Positions 56,881 through 64,000 of a DNA stretch of 64,000 nt are shown in pieces (the first letter of the stretch is position 1; every line of letters begins with the position of its first letter). The position numbers and the translations under genes were made by a program. The notes below the pieces were generated by a model. That model made no database searches, was not told the DNA's origin, and was given only the letters and a program-made list of their open reading frames with translations. Source of the DNA: Acidobacteriota bacterium (GTDB taxonomy: Bacteria > Acidobacteriota > JAAYUB01). The stretch is taken from the NCBI GenBank assembly GCA_040768985.1, contig JAXGLX010000002.1:1856637-1920636 (forward strand), written 5' to 3'.

Positions 56881-57717
56881 TCACCAGATCTTAATCCTAT
56901 AGCTCACCCCCGCGCTGAGCGATGTCTCGGAGACAAACATGCCCTGCACGGCGAACGACCAGCCGTCGCCGAGGTCCACCTCCACGCCCGGCAGCACGGC
57001 GAGGTTCTTCTCGCGGGTGGTCCTGCCGTCGTAAGCGACGGTGATTTCCGGATACGGGGCGTACACCCAGAGGCCGTCCAGGTCGAAGTGGGAGTGGCAG
57101 TAGCCCAGGCCGACATACGGCGCGAACCGTCCGACGGGCCAGACCAGGATTCCTGACGCGCTGGCCTGCCAGTACGTGACTGTGTCATCGGTCGCCCAAC
57201 CGAGTGATTCGGCGGAGCTGCCGTCGGGCGCGTAGACCCAGTCCCCGACATCGCGCGACGTGTAGCGGAGGTATTTCACCGCGGCGATGAGCTCGGGCCC
57301 CGCCGCATGCTTCCACAGCAGGGCCTTGCCGCCCACGTACCAGAGGAACCGACGCCCGACGGTTCCATCCCAGTCGTTGACGCCCGCCTCTTCGCTGAGC
57401 CATCGACCACGGCCCGTCAGGCCGAGGCCGGCGTTGACGTTGACGCGGTCGTGGAGTCCCAGCGCCAGGGTTACGAGGAATTGTTCATCGTCCTCGAATT
57501 TGGCATCCTTCACATCGGTGGCCGAGGAATCGTCCCAGTAGGTCCGGGCCAGTTCGTAGTGCTCGAAATCCTGGAGGAAAATAAATCCGGCCTGCAGCCC
57601 CACCCCCAGATGCCCCTTGGGCACCAGACGGACGGGATTGCCGACGTCCTGGGCGGCGGCGGCAGTCAGGCAGGCGGCACCGATCAGCAGCAACAGCAGG
57701 TGGTGTTTCACGGTCAT
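56881..57717 (-). CDS. Outer-membrane beta-barrel protein
   Basis: Signal MTVKHHLLLLLIGAACLTAAAAQD; alternating amphipathic strands; C-terminal ...SAGVSYRIKIW aromatic terminus. Confidence 0.6.
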   Translation of the reverse strand: MTVKHHLLLLLIGAACLTAAAAQDVGNPVRLVPKGHLGVGLQAGFIFLQDFEHYELARTYWDDSSATDVKDAKFEDDEQFLVTLALGLHDRVNVNAGLGLTGRGRWLSEEAGVNDWDGTVGRRFLWYVGGKALLWKHAAGPELIAAVKYLRYTSRDVGDWVYAPDGSSAESLGWATDDTVTYWQASASGILVWPVGRFAPYVGLGYCHSHFDLDGLWVYAPYPEITVAYDGRTTREKNLAVLPGVEVDLGDGWSFAVQGMFVSETSLSAGVSYRIKIW

Positions 57718-57734
57718 TCTCCTCTCGCGGATCC

Positions 57735-60700
57735 TCAATGGTGCGGGGGCAGGACGGTTTTCACGGCGTAGCCGTGCTTCGGCACCGTCAGCGCCTCATC
57801 CAGCAGGCCGTCCTGGGAGGTGGTCTGGCCCACCCGCCACCAGTTCACGGTGCAATCCGCGTCGTTGGGATTGCAGGCGACGACGGTGTAAAGTTTCTTG
57901 TCCGGATGGTAGAACACCGCCGCGGCCGGCTGGACCACCGCCTTCCCCTGGGCTTGAGAGGCGGCCACGGTCTTGGAGTAGCCGAAGTAAACGGGATCGG
58001 GGGATCCGTACTGGTCCAGCGCCCAGAAGAAGTTGATGAGCTCCACCGGCGTCTGGCGGTCGTCCAGGAAGTTGTTGGCCAGGTTGTTGCGCGACGCCTG
58101 CGTGCCGTCGCAGGTCATGGACCAGATCCACTGCCAGGGCGACAAGCCGTTCTGGCCCTTGAAATCCGGCCGGGGATCTTTGTAAATGGTGGACAGGCCC
58201 AGCAAAGCGCGCATCTGGTTCACCGAGGCCACGTAGGTCTTCAGGCCTGGGTTGCGCGAGTAGTCCCAGCCCTGGGAGGGGATGTCCTTCGTGTTCAGGA
58301 TCTCCAGGGCCGCCTTCTGGAAGGCGCTCCCCCGGACGAAATCGAGCGTATGGGCCGACTGCGGGATCCACCCGTTGTCGCGGGCGCCGAGCGGCATGGC
58401 GTCGCCGTACATCGACTGCTGGATCACCGCCGCCTGGTGAATCTTCATGCTCCAGGCCGTGTAGTTCGCCTTCGTCGCCGTCTCCGGCGTCACGCCCCAG
58501 TACCACCAGCCGGACCAGAAGGTGGTCCCGCGCGTCCAGTAGTTGCCGGCGCTGGGCCCGTCGCAGTTGGCGCTGGGCACCCAGTCGCCGCGGGCTGACC
58601 AGCGGGCTTCACCGGGGGTATAGGTCGGCGTGGAGTACATCTCCTCAGGCACCCGGATCTGGAGGTGGTCCGCCCAGTAGGCCTGGTAGTTGTAAAGCAT
58701 GGTGGTGGCCAGGTACAGCCCGAGGTCCGCCACCGCCTGCCGCCCGGTGGCCTGGCCCCACAGGACCATGGCGGCGAACATCTGGTACGCCTCGCCGAAG
58801 GCGTTGTCGTTCTTCCCCTCCCAGTCGGCGACACCCTGGGTGCCGCTGGCGGAGGGAACGCCGTCGGTCCACGGCTGCCCCAGCCACTGGTCGAAGTAGT
58901 TGAACTTGGTGTAAGTGAAGCCGTCCACGGTCCAGAACTTCTGCGTCGCCGGGATCTGCGCGCTGGCCTGCAGCCCGGGATCGTGGGCCACGGTCATGAC
59001 GAGCTGGTCGATCAGGGTGCCGAAGTGATCCTGGTGGAACATGTCGGTGTACGGATCGTCGGCCAGCGGGGCCTGCCAGGCCGCCTGGCTGGCGGCCATG
59101 GTGAGCCAGCCGTAGTTGTAGTGGTAGTCGGCGAAATGCGAGTTCAACTCGAAGGTGTCCTCCACCAGCCCGGCCAGGTCCGTCGGCTGGGCGATGTAGG
59201 CCAGCCCGCCCCCGGGACCCGCGCCGGTGTTCGCGCAGCCGCTGGGACACACCAGGGCGGTGTTGCCGGGGTAGTAGAGCACGGCGCCGAGATCGGCGTC
59301 GTACATGAAGAACACGGGACAATCCGGGTTCGCCTGGCCCGCCTGGGGGTTGCCGCCGGAGCCCCAGCGCATGGTCGCGCTCTCCCGGGTGGCCAGGTCG
59401 AAAAAGTCATGGATCCCCTGCATGGCGAATCCGAACATCTCCTTCCCGTCATAGGACGGCTTCGACGTGTAACCCCACTGCGGCCGGATGGCGCTGAAGG
59501 CGATGTCCGACGCGGGTTTGCCCACGTCCGCGGACGGCTGCTCGGCCAGCGCCTTCAGGATGGGCAGCGTGGCGGCGATCTTGCGCAGTTGCCCGCCCGA
59601 CTTGTACAGCCCGGCCTGGCCGCCGCCGTCCAGCTCGGTGAAGAGCGGCGGGTACATTTGCAATGCCGCGGTCCAGTCCCAGCAACTCATCCAGTTGATC
59701 ACTTCCCAGACGTGCTTCTTCGTCGTGCTCCCGGGCAGCGTTTCCTGTTCCCCTTCGGCGACGGGCGGCATGTACGGCAGGATGTGGGCCAGAACGTAGT
59801 TGGTTCCGAAGCTCTGGCCGTGAATGGCCTTGAGCGCACCGTGGGCGGTCCAGTACGGGTAGAAGCCATTGTGGACGGTGGGCATCCGCCCCCAGAAGGG
59901 GCCATGCTCGGCTGCCGGATTCACGGGTTTGATCTCCGCCGTGGCCATGTTGCCGGCGAACACCGCCCGGCCCTGGCCGTCGTTGAAATCGTCGTAGTGG
60001 TGGGGCATGAGGCAGAAGACTGTCTCGCTGCCGGCCGCTTCGCCCACGGGGCCGCGGTTGGCGGTGGCGGCGGTGTAGGTCGTGGCCAGAAGGCCCCGAT
60101 CGTGATGAATCGCGTAGGCCACCTGGGTATCCGTGACCGCGTTGAAGGCGAACGGAGCCAGCGCCACCGCCCAGGCGGCGGCGTTGGCGCGCGCCTCGTC
60201 GCGGGTGGGCGCGCGGGCATCGTCGTACGGGTACTCCACCAGGGGCAGGGCGGCGACGACGTAGTGCCACGCCGCTCCGGCCGGCAGGTCCGCCGCCGGC
60301 GACAGGAACACGCCCTGGCTCTCCGAAGTGCCCACCGTCTTGATCTGCGCGGGCACCGCCGTGGTGGTGCCCTTGTCGTAGAACACCGCCATGTACCGGT
60401 AGACGGTGATTTTCGGGTTGGTGCCCAGCGCGTCGGCACCGGCCAGCAGCATCTCCCGGATCTCGAGCAGGTAGCAGCCGAGACCGGCGTTCACCGCCGC
60501 CGTGCGGTCCCCCAGGTCGATGGCGGCGAGCTGCCGGGCCGCCAGGTTGTCGCCGCGCTTGACCACGAACTGCATGCCGTTGCCCGCCGTCCAGCCGGTG
60601 TGGGCGAACCAGGCGAAGGGCGAGCCCTGGGCCATGGTGAGCCGGATCGTCTCCGCGGTCTGTTTTGCCGCGGGCGCCCGCATCTTGGCGGACCGGCGGG

Positions 60701-61385
60701 CCTCGATCACCCGCCCGGCGCCGGGGGGCGGGGCCGGCCGTTCGAGGACCATCTCGATGTCCCAGTCGCCCATCCGGTCGGTCACGGCGTTGTCGGCGAG
60801 CCAGGCCGGCTCGGCGTCGGTGTTCGCGGTCGCGGGATACACCCGCATCAGCGGATAGAACGCGCCCCGGTGGACCATGCCGCGGGTGTGCTTCGTGTTG
60901 GGCCAGTGGTTGTAGGCGGGATTCTCCCAGGTCCCCAAGGTCCCCACCGGCGCGCCGAACTGGAGCCCGGGCCACTCGCCGTACGTCTGGGCCGTGGGAC
61001 GGGTGGTGTTGATGTATTTCAGACCGATGGGTCCGGCCAGCAGGGCGCCCTGGACGAGCTTGTCGGTGGCGTTGTGGTCCCCGTTGTTGTCCACCTTCTG
61101 GTAGTCGGTGACGTTGTTGCCCCACAGCATCCAGCCCGCCCACGAGTGCAGGCGGTCCACCCGCGTGCCGAAGTCGCCCGCCTCCTTCATGTTATCGGTG
61201 ACGGTCGCCGTGTCCACGAAGAACGGCTGCGGATTGATGTTGCGGCTCTTCTCCGGTTTAGTGTGGATGTAGGCGGAACCCGCTTTCACCGGATCCGCCG
61301 CGCGGGGGCCGCCGGCGAGCAGCGCGCACAGCACACCCAGGACGGCGGCTGCCTCCGAAACGCTCCGCAACGAATGACGGTTCAT
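57735..61385 (-). CDS. Large secreted glycoside hydrolase, GH81-like (endo-beta-1,3-glucanase family) candidate
   Basis: 1216 aa; signal peptide; NSHFADYHYNYGWLTMAASQA resembles the GH81 NDHHFHYGYFIYAAA motif. The antisense 917-aa ORF 58665..61418 is rejected as a mirror frame. Confidence 0.5.
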   Translation of the reverse strand: MNRHSLRSVSEAAAVLGVLCALLAGGPRAADPVKAGSAYIHTKPEKSRNINPQPFFVDTATVTDNMKEAGDFGTRVDRLHSWAGWMLWGNNVTDYQKVDNNGDHNATDKLVQGALLAGPIGLKYINTTRPTAQTYGEWPGLQFGAPVGTLGTWENPAYNHWPNTKHTRGMVHRGAFYPLMRVYPATANTDAEPAWLADNAVTDRMGDWDIEMVLERPAPPPGAGRVIEARRSAKMRAPAAKQTAETIRLTMAQGSPFAWFAHTGWTAGNGMQFVVKRGDNLAARQLAAIDLGDRTAAVNAGLGCYLLEIREMLLAGADALGTNPKITVYRYMAVFYDKGTTTAVPAQIKTVGTSESQGVFLSPAADLPAGAAWHYVVAALPLVEYPYDDARAPTRDEARANAAAWAVALAPFAFNAVTDTQVAYAIHHDRGLLATTYTAATANRGPVGEAAGSETVFCLMPHHYDDFNDGQGRAVFAGNMATAEIKPVNPAAEHGPFWGRMPTVHNGFYPYWTAHGALKAIHGQSFGTNYVLAHILPYMPPVAEGEQETLPGSTTKKHVWEVINWMSCWDWTAALQMYPPLFTELDGGGQAGLYKSGGQLRKIAATLPILKALAEQPSADVGKPASDIAFSAIRPQWGYTSKPSYDGKEMFGFAMQGIHDFFDLATRESATMRWGSGGNPQAGQANPDCPVFFMYDADLGAVLYYPGNTALVCPSGCANTGAGPGGGLAYIAQPTDLAGLVEDTFELNSHFADYHYNYGWLTMAASQAAWQAPLADDPYTDMFHQDHFGTLIDQLVMTVAHDPGLQASAQIPATQKFWTVDGFTYTKFNYFDQWLGQPWTDGVPSASGTQGVADWEGKNDNAFGEAYQMFAAMVLWGQATGRQAVADLGLYLATTMLYNYQAYWADHLQIRVPEEMYSTPTYTPGEARWSARGDWVPSANCDGPSAGNYWTRGTTFWSGWWYWGVTPETATKANYTAWSMKIHQAAVIQQSMYGDAMPLGARDNGWIPQSAHTLDFVRGSAFQKAALEILNTKDIPSQGWDYSRNPGLKTYVASVNQMRALLGLSTIYKDPRPDFKGQNGLSPWQWIWSMTCDGTQASRNNLANNFLDDRQTPVELINFFWALDQYGSPDPVYFGYSKTVAASQAQGKAVVQPAAAVFYHPDKKLYTVVACNPNDADCTVNWWRVGQTTSQDGLLDEALTVPKHGYAVKTVLPPHH

Positions 61386-61549
61386 GGATGTCTCCCGGAC
61401 CGAGCGTTAACTGACTGAAACAGCACCTGCTCAACATAGTGACTCGATCCCGGCCGGGATGTCAATTGGATTCCAAAAGGCGGGTGTGAGCGGGATCACG
61501 TAATTCGCCGAATCACCGGTGGGGGATGCCGGTCCGGGGAAAATCGAGG

Positions 61550-61800
61550 CTCAAGTATGGTGACGATTACGATTACGAATGACGATTACGAGCACGACAC
61601 TCGATATCCGAATTCCGATGTCCGATGTCCGATGTCCACGTTACGGGACGAGTATCGAGCCTCGATTACGATCACGATTACGATTACGATTACGATTACG
61701 ATTACGAATTACGAGCACGAATCACGCCCCCGCCGCCCCCCTCCTCACTCCTATCTCCTAACTCCTCACTGTTTACTATTTACTGTTCACTGTTCACTCC
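61550..61800. repeat. Composite repeat block (CGATTACG array, TCCGATG x3, CGAGCCTCGATTACG, GGAGATAGGAG / GTGAACAG variants)
   Basis: Direct reading. Confidence 0.8.
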
Positions 61801-61819
61801 CACAGGCGGGACGCCTGCG

Positions 61820-62005
61820 CTACAGCCAGCGCCAGTCGTGGTGGGTGAAGAGGTACCAGATGACGTAGATCCAGCCCAGCAGCCCGTGCAGCAGCACCCA
61901 CAGGATCGACTTGTTCGCCGTCCACGACATCACCATGGCCAGCGCCGCCCCGAATCCCAGCCCCGATCCGGCCAGGGCGCAGCCCCGCCCTTCTCGTTCC
62001 GCCAT
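61820..62005 (-). CDS. Pmp3/YqaE (UPF0057) family small membrane proteolipid
   Basis: ATG at 62005 with an AGGAGG RBS; MAEREGRGCALAGSGLGFGAALAMVMSWTANKSILWVLLHGLLGWIYVIWYLF. Confidence 0.7.
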   Translation of the reverse strand: MAEREGRGCALAGSGLGFGAALAMVMSWTANKSILWVLLHGLLGWIYVIWYLFTHHDWRWL

Positions 62006-62149
62006 CGCGCCTACCTCCTGATCTGAATGGACCGGCATTCGCCGCGCGGTGACACCGGTGTCAGTCCCCCTGTTTGCCCTTCGCGGGGGGGATATCGGGC
62101 GCGCGCCGCCAACGGGCACATTTCCCGCCGGCGGCGCGCCCTTCGGCAT

Positions 62150-62560
62150 CTATTCGGGCTTGGAGCCGCAACCGCTCCGGCTGGGGCACTGGCTGCAGTC
62201 CGGCTTGGCGGCGGTCTTCCCCTCGGCGGGAACCACCTTCTCCAGCTTCGCGGCGGGGGTCACCGGGGCCAGAGCTTTCAGGATCTCGTCGGGATTGGTC
62301 TTGGCCGTTTCGAAGGTGACCGCGTACTGGCTCTTTTCCTTGTCCACCTTGGCGGCGACGATACCGGTCTTCTCGGCCAGCGCCTTGGACAGCGCCTTCA
62401 CCGTGGCCACCTGGTCCAGACCGGGCACCGCGAACACGGCGGTTTCCTGGGCGACCGCCGGCTTGGCGGCGGGCGTGGCCGTCGTGTCGGCAGCCAGCAG
62501 GCCGCCGGCGACTGCGCCTACCAGAACGGCAAGCACCATGAGTCTAGTCAGCTTCATCAT
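62150..62560 (-). CDS. Secreted small protein with HMA-like (ferredoxin-like) fold lacking the CxxC metal site; C-terminal Cys-rich tail
   Basis: ATG at 62560 with a GGAGG RBS; signal MMKLTRLMVLAVLVGAVAGGLLAA; C-terminus CSQCPSRSGCGSKPE. Confidence 0.5.
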   Translation of the reverse strand: MMKLTRLMVLAVLVGAVAGGLLAADTTATPAAKPAVAQETAVFAVPGLDQVATVKALSKALAEKTGIVAAKVDKEKSQYAVTFETAKTNPDEILKALAPVTPAAKLEKVVPAEGKTAAKPDCSQCPSRSGCGSKPE

Positions 62561-62598
62561 GTCCGCAATCCTCCACATGTATGGTTTATGGGTCTCAA

Positions 62599-63024
62599 TC
62601 ACTTTCCTGTCGCCGGAATCTGATCCCGGGGGATTCCATCCACTTCGACCACACGGTAGACGCCAAACGCCACTTCGCCGGTCTCTTCGTTGTACACCGG
62701 GCTCTCGATGGCCTGGATAATCGCGGCCGGGTCGGTCCGAGTTGGGTCATAGGTCACCTCGGCCCGGTTGCGCGAGGCGAACGCTTCGAATCGTATGATG
62801 CCGGGCGCGCCTTCAAGTTGCACGGCGGCACGCTCGGCGGTATCCACGCAGCGGAGCCCCTCGACCAGCAGGACGGTGGTCCGTTGCCCGGCGGCGCCCG
62901 CCGCCGCGGCGGCGGGCTGAAAATCGCGGGTATAGCTGGGCACGGCCACGAGGCTCGCCGAACCGATTCCGAACAGCGCCAGCACGAGCACAGCCGTGGG
63001 GATCCACCAGGGCGACACTCTCAT
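62599..63024 (-). CDS. Membrane-anchored small protein with HMA-like domain (single Cys)
   Basis: ATG at 63024 overlapping the upstream stop (ATGA); MRVSPWWIPTAVLVLALFGIGSASL; VLLVEGLRCVDTAERAAVQLEGAPGIIRFEAF. Confidence 0.5.
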   Translation of the reverse strand: MRVSPWWIPTAVLVLALFGIGSASLVAVPSYTRDFQPAAAAAGAAGQRTTVLLVEGLRCVDTAERAAVQLEGAPGIIRFEAFASRNRAEVTYDPTRTDPAAIIQAIESPVYNEETGEVAFGVYRVVEVDGIPRDQIPATGK

Positions 63025-63890
63025 CGCCGCACCCCCTCGAGGCGCAGCTCCAGGGCTCCGGCGGCCGGGCAGGCGTGCACGCACTCCAGGCACAGGGTGC
63101 ACTCGCCCGAGCGTACCTGGTCCACTCCGGACACGTCCAGCGAGTGGGGACAGGCCCGGTCGCACGCTCCGCAGCGGGTGCAGGCCGCCTCGGACCGCGC
63201 CAGGCGCATCCGGCCCACCGCCGCCAGCGGCCAGAGCGCCGCGCCGAGCGGGCACAGGTAGCGGCACCAGGCCATGGGCACCAGCAGCGCCGCCGCCAGC
63301 AGCCCCGCCAGCACGGCGTAGCTCCACGGCATCACGTCGTGGCCGTGGAAGCTGAACAGGATGTAGTAGGGGTCATACCCCCGGAAGATCAGCTCCCCGG
63401 TCCGATAGGTGAAGTACAGGATCAGGAGGAGGACCGGCACCCGCAGGAGGCGGAGCCAGCGGTCCGCCGCGCGGGGAGGCTCCAGGCACTGCCGGTACCC
63501 GCCGCCGGGAGAGCGCCCGCTCCGCCGGAAGATGCGCCGGCCCAGGGCGGCCAGACCCTCGCTGACGGTGCCGAACGGGCACACCCAGGCGCAGAATGAC
63601 TTGCGCGCCAGCAAAGTCAATCCCAACAGGGCCAGGAACAGGGTCAGGTTCAGCTCGCCCGCGGCGCAGCTGAACCGCTGGTTGGTGAGGAAGGCGTACA
63701 GCGTTTCGAGTCCGCCAAAGGGGCAGTATTTTTCCACGCTCGTCAGGGACCAGCCCATGGCGAAACGCCAACCGGTCACGACGGCGGCCACGACGATCGC
63801 GATCTGGAAAACACGGCGGGTCAGTTTCAGCATTTTCGGTCCACTGAACCGGCTGTCAGGCACCGGCGAAATGAACCGAAACCGTACCAT
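63021..63890 (-). CDS. NapH/MauN/NosR-type polyferredoxin membrane protein (4Fe-4S binding)
   Basis: FCAWVCPFG, CRYLCPLG, CTRCGACDRACP, CTLCLECVHACP motifs. Confidence 0.8.
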   Translation of the reverse strand: MVRFRFISPVPDSRFSGPKMLKLTRRVFQIAIVVAAVVTGWRFAMGWSLTSVEKYCPFGGLETLYAFLTNQRFSCAAGELNLTLFLALLGLTLLARKSFCAWVCPFGTVSEGLAALGRRIFRRSGRSPGGGYRQCLEPPRAADRWLRLLRVPVLLLILYFTYRTGELIFRGYDPYYILFSFHGHDVMPWSYAVLAGLLAAALLVPMAWCRYLCPLGAALWPLAAVGRMRLARSEAACTRCGACDRACPHSLDVSGVDQVRSGECTLCLECVHACPAAGALELRLEGVRR

Positions 63891-64000
63891 CCGGCATTCA
63901 CTTCGTCAAGTGATTTCGGGCGTTTCCAGCGGCACTTCCCGAATCCCGCCTGCCGCGTCCAGCTCGAACACCGCCAGGGCGCCGGGACCGTCCCCCACCT

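Noticed and set aside
63901-64000. Possible 3' end of another minus-strand gene at the window edge
   Set aside because: Only ~100 nt are visible, which is too little to call.

Overview
This is a high-GC (~68-70%) bacterial chromosomal segment. All calls below come from reading the sequence and the six-frame track; no searches were run.

The window contains ordinary housekeeping and accessory genes: a partial formylglycine-generating-enzyme (FGE)-domain gene at the left edge, a cobalamin-binding domain protein, M20 and S9 peptidases, DinB-like and VOC-family proteins, a GH35 beta-galactosidase, a complete seven-gene mrpABCDEFG cation/proton antiporter operon, a methyltransferase, a Ser/Thr kinase, and a 5-oxoprolinase pxpB-pxpC-MFS ... 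pxpA cluster.

Several less ordinary features stand out:
- A repeat-bounded ~1.7-kb unit encodes an unrecognised 520-aa protein and has two miniature deletion derivatives elsewhere in the window.
- A composite tandem-repeat element family occurs at least 12 times, always with its internal modules in the same order, and a separate conserved ~90-nt AT-rich element sits in sense orientation at the 3' ends of at least five genes.
- A ~4.9-kb AT-rich (~35% GC) horizontally acquired island carries a secreted hypothetical protein, a membrane-anchored zinc-ribbon methyltransferase and an ISL3-family insertion.
- Two degenerate IS copies with HTH plus rve-type (DDE) transposase remnants lie in tandem.
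- A PAS sensor gene sits divergently from an operon with a predicted promoter that encodes a ClpP-fold (SDH_sah-like) serine protease and a radical-SAM/SPASM enzyme.
- Also present are a C39-like cysteine peptidase with a Gly-rich tail, a BLUF photoreceptor, tandem HEAT-repeat paralogues, a long minus-strand run of secreted/membrane proteins headed by a 1216-aa GH81-like protein, and a NapH-like polyferredoxin with two small HMA-like proteins.

The best candidates for an undescribed system are the 520-aa repeat-bounded unit with its derivatives and the PAS / protease / radical-SAM module.

No rRNA, tRNA or CRISPR array was recognised.
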